Source of the DNA: Endomicrobiales bacterium
GTDB lineage: Bacteria > Elusimicrobiota > Endomicrobiia > Endomicrobiales > JALOBY01
Direction: 5' to 3'
NCBI GenBank assembly: GCA_963796955.1
Contig: CAWCNJ010000008.1
Coordinates: forward strand, 416,001-480,000
Length of the DNA stretch: 64,000 bases
Part shown: positions 1-10,656 of the stretch, in pieces
How the letters are laid out: every line of letters starts with the position of its first letter
Numbering within the stretch: the stretch's first letter is position 1
The notes under the pieces: model-generated
What the model was told of the DNA's origin: nothing
Database searches by the model: none
What the model saw: only the letters and a program-made list of their open reading frames with translations
Position numbers and translations under genes: made by a program

Positions 1-125
1 TCGGGATGCAGGCTGTACGCGAAATAATGCGCTTCATCGTCGCCAAGTCCGATAGAGCCGATAACCAGCAGGCGCAGTATAGCGGATACGGCCACGATCA
101 GCATTGAGAGCAAAGAGACACTCAA
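1..125 (-). CDS. Partial (N-terminus only) ArnT/PMT-like GT39 membrane glycosyltransferase
   Basis: Manual translation from TTG at 125 gives LSVSLLSMLIVAVSAILRLLVIGSIGLGDDEAHYFAYSLHP: a TM helix then the DE-x-x-Y motif of GT-C enzymes. The start overlaps the stop of the upstream GT2 gene and the ORF runs off the window. Confidence 0.7.
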   Translation of the reverse strand, partial: MSVSLLSMLIVAVSAILRLLVIGSIGLGDDEAHYFAYSLHP

Positions 126-832
126 GCGTTCTTTCCCGTTAGCCTTAATTTCAGTACGCGCAGTAAATATTTTATGAGCGTCGCGGGTTTAAGTTTAGAT
201 TCACCGGTCCCTCTCGGCATAAATTCAATGGGGACTTCGATTATCTTCATGCCGGTCTTTTTCAGGAAATATAGCACTTCGCTGACAATGAATGGATCGC
301 GGGCAGTTAAGTGAGGCAAGATGTTTTCCATGGCACTTCGCGAAAACATGCGATAACCTGAGGTTGGGTCTTTTATATTTACCCCAAGGACAAGGGCAAG
401 ATATACCCTGGCAAAATTGCTGATCAGCTGGCGCAGTAATGTGCGCTGCTCATCCCTGCCGCCGGGAACGTAACGGGAACCTATAGCGACATCAAAACCG
501 GGGGCCTTTAACGATTCCCGCAACACAAAAATATATTTCGGAGCGTGCGACATATCGCCGTCCATCTCGACGATATATCGAGCGCCCATCTCGAGCGCTT
601 TTTGGAAACCGTCAATGCCCGCCCAGCCGCGGCCTCTGCGTTCAGTGCGGTTAAGCAGGTGAACCCGGTCATTGGTCTGTGCGATATTCTCAACGATCCT
701 GCAGGTGCCGTCGGGGGAATTATCATCTACGATCAATACGTGCAGATCCAGCGGCAAGGCGCAAAGCTCTGTTATCAAAGCGCTTACATTACCAGCCTCA
801 TTGTAGGTCGGCACCATCACCACAATATCCAT
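122..832 (-). CDS. Polyprenol monophosphomannose synthase-like GT2 glycosyltransferase
   Basis: PTYNE, IVDDNSPDGT, EMDGDMSH, GSRY and DPTSGYR motifs of DPM1-like GT2. Confidence 0.9.
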   Translation of the reverse strand: MDIVVMVPTYNEAGNVSALITELCALPLDLHVLIVDDNSPDGTCRIVENIAQTNDRVHLLNRTERRGRGWAGIDGFQKALEMGARYIVEMDGDMSHAPKYIFVLRESLKAPGFDVAIGSRYVPGGRDEQRTLLRQLISNFARVYLALVLGVNIKDPTSGYRMFSRSAMENILPHLTARDPFIVSEVLYFLKKTGMKIIEVPIEFMPRGTGESKLKPATLIKYLLRVLKLRLTGKNA

Positions 833-840
833 AGGTATCC

Positions 841-1971
841 TTATAAAAGCTCCTGCAACGCTGACCAGACGAGTTCCGGTTTAAGCGTGTCCATGCAGGT
901 CGGCTTATTTTCACAGGAGGGTTTGTAGCAGCACACACAAGGCATATCGGGCACCACTTTCAGGCCCTGCCCGTACATTTCCAGTTCGGCTGCAGAAGTG
1001 GGTCCCACCAGCGCCAGAACCTTCTTCTTCAGCCCAAGCGCCGCATGCAGCGCCATGGTATCACCACAAACGATCACATCGCACAGATCAAGCTTGGCGA
1101 AGAAATCAGGGAGGGCGTTATCTGTCCCGCTGCCGACCGCTTTACCGCGGCAGCGCTTAAGCAACAGTTTGATCAATGTGCTTTCTTCCGGCCCGCCCAG
1201 CAGCAACACCTTATAGCCCGCCTTGTAAAGCGCATTTATAATGTATACATACCCTTTGACCGTCCAACGTTTTAGCCTCCAACGTCCGCCGGCGCCGGGA
1301 TTAATGCCTACTATCTTTTGATCACTGAGTCCATGCTTCTTTGAGAAGGCCTGCGCAACGGCCTGAGCCTCGCGCGAGACCGGCACATAGATCGGATGAT
1401 CCGGACGTTTTAACCCTGCGATCTGAGACATCCACCATTGATATGTTTTTGTATTGGCTTTCTTCAGTCCGTCAAAAGCACTCATCTGAAGCCATTGGAG
1501 GGCGCGGTTATTGGAACTATGTATCCTGCGTTTCCCATCCAACCAATAACCTATTTTAGTATTCGCGCAGGCCATAGTCGCAAGGGTCAGGCTGAGCGGC
1601 GAGAGATCCAGGTTTATAACGACATCGAACTTTTCACCAGCTATTATCTGCCCGAAAACCTCTTTGCCAAACGGCCAGATCCGGTCGATCAGCGGATTGC
1701 TTTTCAACACATCAACAGAAACGGGCGCGACCACCCATGTTACATGGATAGAGCCGTATTTTTCTTTCAGTCCTGGGAGCAGGAAAGTCGTGCGCAAAAC
1801 ATCGCCCATGGCATCCAGCTTTATGATCAATATTTTCTTTGTTTTGGAAGGTTTGACAGAAGGCAGAGCCACGTAATGCCCGCACCGGCAGACAACGCCG
1901 GACTTCTTATGAAATTGGCATGGCCGGTCCAGGGGAAAATGGATACAATCAGTCAGAACGTTTGGTTTCAT
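841..1971 (-). CDS. GT9 family (ADP-heptose:LPS heptosyltransferase-like) glycosyltransferase
   Basis: IIKLDAMGDVL, INPGAG..W..KRW, DTMALHAA and GPT motifs; Cys-rich N- and C-terminal segments. Confidence 0.9.
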   Translation of the reverse strand: MKPNVLTDCIHFPLDRPCQFHKKSGVVCRCGHYVALPSVKPSKTKKILIIKLDAMGDVLRTTFLLPGLKEKYGSIHVTWVVAPVSVDVLKSNPLIDRIWPFGKEVFGQIIAGEKFDVVINLDLSPLSLTLATMACANTKIGYWLDGKRRIHSSNNRALQWLQMSAFDGLKKANTKTYQWWMSQIAGLKRPDHPIYVPVSREAQAVAQAFSKKHGLSDQKIVGINPGAGGRWRLKRWTVKGYVYIINALYKAGYKVLLLGGPEESTLIKLLLKRCRGKAVGSGTDNALPDFFAKLDLCDVIVCGDTMALHAALGLKKKVLALVGPTSAAELEMYGQGLKVVPDMPCVCCYKPSCENKPTCMDTLKPELVWSALQELL

Positions 1972-2012
1972 AACCGATATAGAATACCAGATTTTTATTT
2001 CGAGGTCAATTT

Positions 2013-2021
2013 TGATATAAT
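2013..2021 (+). promoter_or_regulatory. Extended -10 promoter, probably driving a leaderless larE mRNA
   Basis: TGATATAAT with 6 nt before the ATG at 2028; no Shine-Dalgarno. Confidence 0.55.
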
Positions 2022-2027
2022 CCCCTT

Positions 2028-2816
2028 ATGAATGCACTATCAAAACTGGACTTATTACTGGCGGACTACGGCAAGGTTCTTATTGCCTATTCCGGAGGGG
2101 TAGATTCCACTTTTTTGCTGGCACGGGCGGTAAAAGTGCTTGGGAAGGCTAACGTGCTAGCAGTAACCGCTGTAAGCGAGACTTATCCTGCTTCTGAGAT
2201 GGCGCAGGCAAGAAAGATGGTAAAGCTTATCGGGGCCCGCCATAAGTTTATTCACACCGAAGAACTTTCAAATAAGAACTTCTCTAAAAACCCTGTGCGG
2301 CGCTGCTTTTATTGCAAGGACGAACTTTTCCGTAAACTGAGCGGGCTTGCAAAACAGAATAAGATGACCCTGATCGATGCGACAAATTTTTCGGACCTCG
2401 GCGATTACCGCCCGGGGCGCGATGCCGCGAAGAAATGGATGGTGCGCTCTCCGCTTATCGAGGCCGGCATTACCAAAGACATGCTACGTACATTCAGCCG
2501 GGAAATGCATCTGCCCATCTGGAACGCGCCGGCCCAGGCGTGCCTTGCTTCCCGTTTCCCTTACGGCACACAGATCACCGCAGGCGGACTGAAAAAAGTC
2601 GAAGCCGCTGAAACGTACTTGAAAAAGCTTGGGCTGCGCACGGTACGGGTGCGCAATCACGGCGATATAGCGCGCATAGAAACAGACTCCTCAGAGATAA
2701 CCAAACTCTTCAGCAAAACCAACCCTGAAAAGATCACGGCTGCCCTTAACAAACTCGGCTGGAAACATATCGCGGTGGAACTGCAGGGCTACAAAACCGG
2801 GAGTTTAAACCCATGA
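2028..2816 (+). CDS. larE: ATP-dependent sacrificial sulfur transferase LarE
   Basis: PP-loop AYSGGVDS, RCFYCK, DYRPG, ACLASRFPYG, VRVRNHG. Confidence 0.9.
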   Translation: MNALSKLDLLLADYGKVLIAYSGGVDSTFLLARAVKVLGKANVLAVTAVSETYPASEMAQARKMVKLIGARHKFIHTEELSNKNFSKNPVRRCFYCKDELFRKLSGLAKQNKMTLIDATNFSDLGDYRPGRDAAKKWMVRSPLIEAGITKDMLRTFSREMHLPIWNAPAQACLASRFPYGTQITAGGLKKVEAAETYLKKLGLRTVRVRNHGDIARIETDSSEITKLFSKTNPEKITAALNKLGWKHIAVELQGYKTGSLNP

Positions 2817-3524
2817 ACGTTATTATTGAAGAAGTACGGCGGCAATTAAAAGCGAACGCCGATGAAAAGACCAGGCTGAGCGGCGAGCGTTTTTTTAAAC
2901 ATACGATAAGATCCTACGGTGTAAAAAGCGCCACGGTCGGCAAGATCGCAGGGCAAATATATAAGTCTTCGGTCAAAGATAAAAGCAAGAAAGATATTTT
3001 CGATCTGTGCCTGGAACTGTGGCGGTCCGGCTACATGGAAGAAGGATTTGTTGCCTGTGAATGGTCATACAACCTGCGCAAGAATTATCAACCGGAAGAT
3101 TTTTTGATATTCGATAATATCGTGAGCAGCCATATCCGCAACTGGGCCTCCTGCGATACCTTTTGCAACCATACCGTTCGGCGCATTCATCGAAATGTAT
3201 CCGGCCTTCCTTTCGAAGCTGAAGAAATGGGCCGTTTCAGACAACCTGTGGATGCGGCGTGCCTCGGCCGTGTCTTTGATAGTACCCGCAAGAAACGGAA
3301 AATTCCTGAAAGATGTTTTTGAGATAGCGGATATTCTGCTGATGGATAGTGAAGACATGGTGCAAAAAGGCTATGGCTGGCTGCTGAAAGTGGCAAGCCA
3401 GGTTCATCAGAAAGAAGTTTTTAAGTATGTTATGGAACATAAAGATGTCATGCCCAGGACCGCGCTTCGCTACGCGATAGAAAAAATGCCTAAAGAACTT
3501 AAGCTCAAAGCCATGCAAAAGTAG
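2813..3524 (+). CDS. AlkD-like DNA alkylation repair protein, frameshifted near 3178
   Basis: ORFs 2813-3322 and 3195-3524 join into ...NWASCDTFCNHTVGAFIEMYP...WMRRAS...VQKGYGWLLK if one base of GTTCGGC is removed. Confidence 0.8.
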
Positions 3525-3621
3525 CCCCTCCGCTCCCACCCGAAACCTTACGAACCCTAAAGTCAGTTAAATCAGCAAACCGGCAATATTCATAGAGAGT
3601 GCGATATGGAATAATATCATT

Positions 3622-4731
3622 ATGGATATATTCTCGAAATACGCTCTCGGAGATTTTGTGCTCGCCAACCGCATGATCATGGCGCCCATGACGCGCAGCC
3701 GGGCGGTAGACGGAGATGTGCCTAATCCTTTAGCAGCGGTTTATTACGCGCAACGGGCGTGTGCCGGATTGATAATTTCAGAAGGTTCGCAGGTAAGCTC
3801 CATGGGGAAAGGGTACGTGCGCACTCCGGGTATCTATTCCACCGCGCAGGTGGAAGGATGGAAGCGCGTGACCGAGGCGGTGCACAAGGCAGGCGGTAAG
3901 ATCTTTTTACAACTATGGCATGTGGGACGGGTCTCGCATCCGGATTTCCACAACGGCGCTTTGCCGGTCGCGCCTTCGGCCCTGCCTGTTGACGGATACA
4001 TTTTAACGCCCGGAGGACAAAAAAAGATAGTTACGCCCAGGGCGCTGGAGTTAAGCGAACTCCCCGGGATCGTTGAACAGTTCGCCGAGGGCGCTGAAAA
4101 CGCGATGGAAGCCGGCTTTGACGGCGTTGAGATACACGGCGCTAACGGTTATTTACTTGATCAATTTCTCAGAGCGGGCTCAAATATGCGCACTGATGAG
4201 TATGGCGGAAGCATAGAGAACCGCACACGCCTGGCCGTTGAAGTAACAAAGGCGGTGATCGGTGTGTGGGGTAAAGGACGTGTCGGATACCGGATATCAC
4301 CGCACAATCTGCTGCGTTCAATGTATGATCCCAACCCTAAGCAGACCTTCCCATATCTGGCTGCGCGATTAAGAAGCCTGGGTATCGGTTATCTGCACAT
4401 GATCGAATCGCTTGGCGGCGGCAGAACACCGAAGGTACCCGATGAAGAAAGGATGGCACCGCATATACGGGAAATATTCAAACATACGCTGATCCTGAAC
4501 GGCGGATACCTCTCAGAAAGCGCGAACCGTGCTATCAGGACAGATTACGCGGATCTGATATCTTTCGGTGAACCGTTCCTGGCGAACCCGGATCTGCCGT
4601 ATAGATTTAAGGCTAAACTGGCTTTGAACATACCAAACCCGGCAACATACTATACCGGCGAAGCGACCGGCTACACGGATTATCCCGTATCGGGTAAGCA
4701 GGCTGCTGAAAAACAATGTGTGCCGGGATAA
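3622..4731 (+). CDS. Old yellow enzyme family alkene reductase (NemA-like)
   Basis: MAPMTRSRA, QLWHVGR, EIHGANGYLLDQF, RTDEYGGS. Confidence 0.93.
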   Translation: MDIFSKYALGDFVLANRMIMAPMTRSRAVDGDVPNPLAAVYYAQRACAGLIISEGSQVSSMGKGYVRTPGIYSTAQVEGWKRVTEAVHKAGGKIFLQLWHVGRVSHPDFHNGALPVAPSALPVDGYILTPGGQKKIVTPRALELSELPGIVEQFAEGAENAMEAGFDGVEIHGANGYLLDQFLRAGSNMRTDEYGGSIENRTRLAVEVTKAVIGVWGKGRVGYRISPHNLLRSMYDPNPKQTFPYLAARLRSLGIGYLHMIESLGGGRTPKVPDEERMAPHIREIFKHTLILNGGYLSESANRAIRTDYADLISFGEPFLANPDLPYRFKAKLALNIPNPATYYTGEATGYTDYPVSGKQAAEKQCVPG

Positions 4732-4752
4732 TTTCAGAAATAAGGGGGCTTA

Positions 4753-5652
4753 ATGAATAATAAAATACTGGTAACTGGCGCGACCGGCAATATCGGCAAT
4801 TTTCTCGTGCAGCGGCTTAAGGAAAAAGGGGCCGATTTCGTTGCCGGCGTTCCCGGACCGGAGATGGGAAAACTCGACAGTTTAGGAATAAATGCCGTCG
4901 AGCTGGATTTCAATGATGATAAGACACTGGACAAGGCCATGAAGGGTATGGATACGCTGTTCATGCTGCTGCCTTTGGAAGAGCAAATGAGCGAATGGGG
5001 AAGGAATCTGGTGTACGCCGCCAAACGCAACAGGATAAAATTCGTGCTGCGCTCTTCCGTGATAGATTCAAACCCGGAATCGAAACACTTGCTTTTTAAG
5101 ATACACGGGCAGATCGATCACATTCTGCGGGCCAGCGGCATACCTTTTTGTATAGTGCACCCCAACTCGTTCATGCAAAATTTCGTCGTGTACCTGGGCG
5201 AGATGATAAACAATACCGGAACATTTTCGTTCGCCCACGGGAATGCGCGGATCAGTTACAACGATGTACGCGATGTTGCCGCCGTTGACGCCGAAATAAT
5301 AACCAACCCCGATCTTCATCGCGGCAGGGAATACATCGTGACGGGGCCCAGAGCGGTTACCGATCACGAGATAGCAGAAATGCTCTCGAAAGCGGCCGGT
5401 CGGGAAATAAAATATGTTCCCTTGAGCGAAGAACAATATACCGAAGAACTGGTGAAGGAACGGCTCTCTGAATGGCAGGTTAAAGTAAATCTCAGCCTTG
5501 AACACAATGCGTTGGAAGACAAACAGTCGGTGCTTTCGGGCATCGTACGCAAGATAACCGGGAAAAACCCGATATCATTCGATCAATTCGCGATGGATTA
5601 CGCTGCAACATGGAAAAAAGTAAAAGCAGGCGCCTCAGCCGGGGGACGTTAA
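4753..5652 (+). CDS. NmrA-like / atypical SDR NAD(P)-binding protein
   Basis: ILVTGATGNIG Rossmann motif, PNSFMQN, DVRDVA. Confidence 0.85.
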   Translation: MNNKILVTGATGNIGNFLVQRLKEKGADFVAGVPGPEMGKLDSLGINAVELDFNDDKTLDKAMKGMDTLFMLLPLEEQMSEWGRNLVYAAKRNRIKFVLRSSVIDSNPESKHLLFKIHGQIDHILRASGIPFCIVHPNSFMQNFVVYLGEMINNTGTFSFAHGNARISYNDVRDVAAVDAEIITNPDLHRGREYIVTGPRAVTDHEIAEMLSKAAGREIKYVPLSEEQYTEELVKERLSEWQVKVNLSLEHNALEDKQSVLSGIVRKITGKNPISFDQFAMDYAATWKKVKAGASAGGR

Positions 5653-5675
5653 AATATATAAACACGGGGGATAAC

Positions 5676-5828
5676 ATGCTTTGGACTATCGCGGTAATAC
5701 TTCTCGTTTTGTGGTTGCTTGGTCTCGTAAGTTCTTACACAATGGGCGGCTTTATACATGTGTTACTGGTCATCGCCATTGTATTAGTGCTTATCCGTGT
5801 GATCCAGGGAAAAAATCCGTTAAAATAA
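5676..5828 (+). CDS. lmo0937/DUF5670-type small membrane protein (50 aa)
   Basis: MLWTIAVILLVLWLLGLVSSYTMGGFIHVLLVIAIV...; GGGGG SD upstream of ATG 5676. Confidence 0.85.
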   Translation: MLWTIAVILLVLWLLGLVSSYTMGGFIHVLLVIAIVLVLIRVIQGKNPLK

Positions 5829-5879
5829 TTATATCAGGTGTATAGTGCCTTATTCGCTTCAATTTACGCTAACCTCTAG

Positions 5880-8800
5880 ATGATGACAAAAAAAGCTGCG
5901 TTGCGCAGCCTCCATCCATTATATGTAGCGGGAATCGGCGCCTCGGCCGGCGGGCTGGAGGCGCTTATCCAGCTGGTACAAACCTTCCGAGCGATATCAA
6001 TATCGCTATCGTAGTGGTACAGCATCTTATACCTGAACATAAAAGCCTTCTGGTAGAAATACTCTCCCGGCATTCCGCCCAGAAGATCGTCGAGATTGAA
6101 AATAATATGCTTATTAAACCGAATCATATTTATATAATCCCGCCGAACGCGAACATCACCATTTCCGGCAACAGACTGAAAACAAAAGAACGCCACAAAG
6201 AATTTGACGAGCGGCACATGCCGATAAATGAATTCCTATTGTCACTGGCCAAAGAGCGGAAAAGACGGTCCATCGGCGTAGTCCTTTCCGGCACAGGGTT
6301 TGACGGGACTGACGGCATACAAGCGGTCAAGGCGGAAGGCGGTATCACGTTCGCGCAAAATGAGAGCACTGCCGCCTACTTTTCAATGCCGGTCAGCGCG
6401 ATAAAGACCGGCTGCATCGATTTTGTTCTCTCGCCAAAAGAGATCGCCAAAAAGCTGACGAAGATCGGCAGGAAGGGCACTGCGGCGCCCGCCCAGGCGC
6501 ATCACCAGACGTGCTGTAACAGCGCCGAAGAAATAAACCCGATACTACAGCTGCTGAAAAGCCGCGTCGGCGTTGATTTCACGAACTACCGTCGCACCAC
6601 CATCCTGCGGCGGCTGAACCGCAGGCTCGCTATTTATAAGATCAAAAATTACCGGTCTTACTACAATAAACTTAAAGATGATCCTGCCGAAGCGGAGGCG
6701 CTTTACAAAGACCTGCTCATATCGGTAACATCCTTTTTCCGTGATCCGGCTTCTTTCGCAGCCCTTAAAAAGAAGGTGTTGCCGGAGCTCATAAAAAACA
6801 GAGCCTCCACGGCGCCCCTGCGGGTATGGGTCTGCGGCTGCTCTACCGGCCAGGAGGTTTATTCTCTTGCCATGATCATCGATGATTATATCGAAAAAAA
6901 GAAATTGCATGTAGCCTTACAAATGTTCGGCACGGACCTGAATGATGCATTGATCAGCAAAGCCCGCTCGGCCGTTTATGAAAAGAAACAGATACTTGGC
7001 ATACCGCGATATTTCCTTGAAAAATATTTCATCAAAACAGACGACGGCAGATATCGGGTTCACAAAAGCCTGCGGGAGCTTTGCGTGTTCGCAAAACACA
7101 ATATCATTAAAGATCCGCCGTTAAGCAAAATGGACATCGTCAGTTTCAGGAATGTGATGATCTACCTGGAGCCGGTGCTGCAAAAAAAAGTCGTCAATAT
7201 GCTGCTGTACGCGCTTAAAAAAGGCGGGTATATCCTGCTTGGCTCATCGGAATCTTTTTCAGCCTATCCCGATCTGTTCCGGCTTGTTGACGAACGCAAC
7301 AAAATATTCTCAAAATCCCTATCGGCTCCCCAGGGCAGGCTTAACCTTGGAACGTCCGAGTACGCGGAAGCCGGACCGAAGGGATCAAAGGACGCGACCA
7401 TGAAAATACCGGATATAACCGCGGCTAAAAAGGGCCGTCTGGTAGGGGAAGAAGAGATGAAGTCGGCGCTTGCCGAGATACAATCGAGCAATGAAGAACT
7501 TCAAACCCTGAACGAAGAGATACTGACGGGCAAAGAAGAACTGGAATCCAGCAACGAAGAGCTGGTGACCCTTAACGACGAACTGCAGCACAGGAATAAC
7601 GACCTCACGCAGATCAACTCTGATCTAAAAAATTTACTTTTTAATATCAATATTCCGGTGATCATACTTGACAAACAACTGAAAATACGACGACTGACCC
7701 CTCAGATAGAAGACGTTATGTATGTAGTGCACACGGACATCGGCAGGCCCATTTCCCAGATAAAGATGAGGATAGAGGTGCCTGGCCTGGAGCGGATCGT
7801 CCGGCGTGTTATCAGCGGTCTTAAAATATCTGAAACCGAGGTATCCAACTTAAAAGGCAAATGGTATTCGGTAAGAATAAGCCCGTATTATAATACAAAA
7901 GAGCAGGTTGACGGCGCCGTAGTCGCCTTTATCGATGTTACGTCCACCAGAGAGGCCCAGGCGGCATTGCGGGATTCACTGACGCTTTCAAAGAATATCA
8001 TTGAAACCATAAACGAACCGCTGGTCGTTTTAGACGACAACATGCGCGTTATTTCCGCGAACGCTAATTTCTATAAGACCTTTAAAGTTAAAGCCGCGCA
8101 AACCGAACAGGAAAGCATCTACAAGATCGGTGACGGCCAATGGAACATACCCGAACTGAAAAAGCAGCTTGAGGACGTATTGCCTGAAAAAACTGCTTTT
8201 AACAATTTCGAAGTAACGCACAAGTTCCCCACGATCGGAGAAAGGAATATTTCATTGAACGCAAGGCAAATAGTGAGCGAATCAAGGAAAACTAAGCTTA
8301 TCCTGCTTTCAATGTTTGATATAACGGAACTTAAGGCGGCTGAAAAGGTGCTTATAAATGCCAAGGAAAAAGTCGAGGAACTGGTAAAAGAGAAAACCGA
8401 AGAGCTCATGGATTCTCACCGGGAAGTAGACAGCCTGAAACGGCTTTCTGACCTGGGGGAACTGGCCGCGACCGTAGCCCACGAACTGCGCAATCCGCTG
8501 GCAGGGATAAATGCCGCTACGTACAACCTTAAACGCAAAACCATGGACCGGCCGGAACTGGCGCATCATCTTGACAATATCACAAAGAAGATAGCTGACA
8601 GCTCGACGATCATTGACAATCTGCTCAGGTTCTCTACGGCAAAGACACCAAGCTATGAGACCGTGAAGATCTACGACATTTTGAGCGATTGCATAGAAAT
8701 AGTGCACAATAAACACTTGTCTAAAAAAATTAAAGTGGTAAATTCTTTTAAAAAGTTAAAACCCGTTACGTTGGAGGCCGATCCTCTGCAATTAAGAGAA

Positions 8801-9124
8801 CTATTAAGCAACGTTCTGGACAACGCGCACGATGCAGTTGCTGAAAAAGGTAAAATACAGGTCATTGGTACTCACAACCACAGAAGCTTAAAGATCCAGA
8901 TCAAAGACAATGGATCCGGCATCAGCGGGGAAAATCTAAAGAACATATTCAAACCCTTCTTTTCAACGAAGGCGAAGGGCACGGGGCTTGGCCTTGCGGT
9001 AAGCCTGCAAATAGCGCACGTACACAAGGGAACCCTTGAGATAGAAAGTAAAAAAGGCGCTGGAACAACAGTTACCATCACTCTGCCCCTGAAAAAACCG
9101 ATAGCCGCCGCTCTACCTTCATAA
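5880..9124 (+). CDS. CheB methylesterase-CheR methyltransferase-PAS-histidine kinase fusion, frameshifted near 5980
   Basis: From ATG 5880, GIGASAGGLEAL; adding one A at 5980-5982 joins it to VVVQHL. Then LSGTGFDG (CheB), WVCGCSTGQE (CheR), a coiled coil, PAS regions, HELRNPL and GTGLGL. Confidence 0.88.
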
Positions 9125-9189
9125 CGCCGCACCCGGTCAGCAATAGATGGAACCAGGTGATTCCACCTGTATTTCGTCTTTGCGACAAT

Positions 9190-10650
9190 ATGGTCACCAT
9201 GGGCAACGGCAGATCAATATCACTTAAATACGTCCTACTATCCCTATCCGTCCTTATCGGGCTGATGGCCGCGTTGTCGGTCGCCCTGTTACTATATTCT
9301 AATAACTACTTTTACCGGTCACAATTCGAGAAAGCGGCCTCGGTGGCGCTGGGGATGGATGTGCGGTTGAACGGCAAAATGAGGGTTTCCGTATTTCCGG
9401 ACGTGCACATCGTATTGAAGGATGTAAGTCTCGTATTTCAAGGACAGGAAGCGGCTCATATTAAGGAGGCAGGCCTTCACGTGGCTATCGCGCCTCTTTT
9501 GCATAGAAACATACTCATTAACAGTGTCAAGCTGATCAAACCGGATGTGTATATCAGGCGTGATGCTTCGGGAGAGATAAATTTCGAGCACTGGACAAAG
9601 AGCAAGAGCAGTGTATCAGCAGTACAGCTGAACGAACTGAGCGTCGTCAACGGAAATCTCATCGATTATACGGGTGATCGGGCGGCCGAAACGACGGTGC
9701 TGAACAATTTCAACCTTACTATACAGGGTCTTCGCATAACTCCCGGCAGCGCGGGAAATTCTAACGACGTGTCATTTAAAACACAATTTGACGTCGGCAG
9801 TTTCCGGCTTAAAAACCTTCTCTTTTCAGATATAAACGTGACCGCAAGCACCGGTGGTGGGATCGTTACCGTAAAGAAAGCCGAGTTTAAATTATTTAAA
9901 GGAAAAGGCAAGGCGGTTATCGTCGCATATCTCTCGGGTAAAATGCCGAGATACACGGTTTATTGTGTTTTAACAAAGTTCCGGCTTGAGGAATACCTGA
10001 AAGCGCAGCACTCGAACATGGCGGTGAAGGGACCTATGGACCTTATGGCGAGCCTTAAAGTACATGGTGACGACAGCGCTGAACTGCTCAAGACGGCTTC
10101 AGGGGTAATAGCGCTTTCCGGTGAAGGGCTTACCTATTACGGCATAGAGCTGGATAAGGAATTCGCGCGCTTCAAATCCAGCCAGAACTTCAATCTGGTG
10201 GATGCGGGTGCGTATTTTTTTCTGGGTCCGGTGGGTGTTGCGGTCACCAAAGGGTTAAATTTCGCGAATGTGGCCCGGGGCACGGGAGGATCTAGCGAGA
10301 TAGTAAAATTTTATTCCAGCTGGAAGATAGACAACGGCATAGCACAGGCGGAAGACGTGGCGCTGTCCACAAAGCAAAACCGGGTGGCAATGAAAGGCTC
10401 TCTGGACTTTGTGAAAGAACGCTACAATGACGTAACGTTCGCACTGATAGACAGCGAAGGCCGCGCTCTGGTAAAGCAGCAGATCAGCGGTCCTTTCGAC
10501 CATCCCGCGGTCAAGAAACCCGACATCCTTATGTCCCTGGCGGGACCTGCTTTGAACATCTTTAAAAAAGGAGTCAGTTTGGTCACCGGGTCGAAGGGAG
10601 AAAAATTTTATACCGGGTCGGTGCCGGCGCCAGCAAAACAAGCGAAGTAG
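9190..10650 (+). CDS. AsmA family protein
   Basis: N-terminal TM anchor, beta-rich body and a C-terminal ISGPFDHP motif; start codon uncertain. Confidence 0.75.
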   Translation: MVTMGNGRSISLKYVLLSLSVLIGLMAALSVALLLYSNNYFYRSQFEKAASVALGMDVRLNGKMRVSVFPDVHIVLKDVSLVFQGQEAAHIKEAGLHVAIAPLLHRNILINSVKLIKPDVYIRRDASGEINFEHWTKSKSSVSAVQLNELSVVNGNLIDYTGDRAAETTVLNNFNLTIQGLRITPGSAGNSNDVSFKTQFDVGSFRLKNLLFSDINVTASTGGGIVTVKKAEFKLFKGKGKAVIVAYLSGKMPRYTVYCVLTKFRLEEYLKAQHSNMAVKGPMDLMASLKVHGDDSAELLKTASGVIALSGEGLTYYGIELDKEFARFKSSQNFNLVDAGAYFFLGPVGVAVTKGLNFANVARGTGGSSEIVKFYSSWKIDNGIAQAEDVALSTKQNRVAMKGSLDFVKERYNDVTFALIDSEGRALVKQQISGPFDHPAVKKPDILMSLAGPALNIFKKGVSLVTGSKGEKFYTGSVPAPAKQAK

Positions 10651-10656
10651 CTGCTG

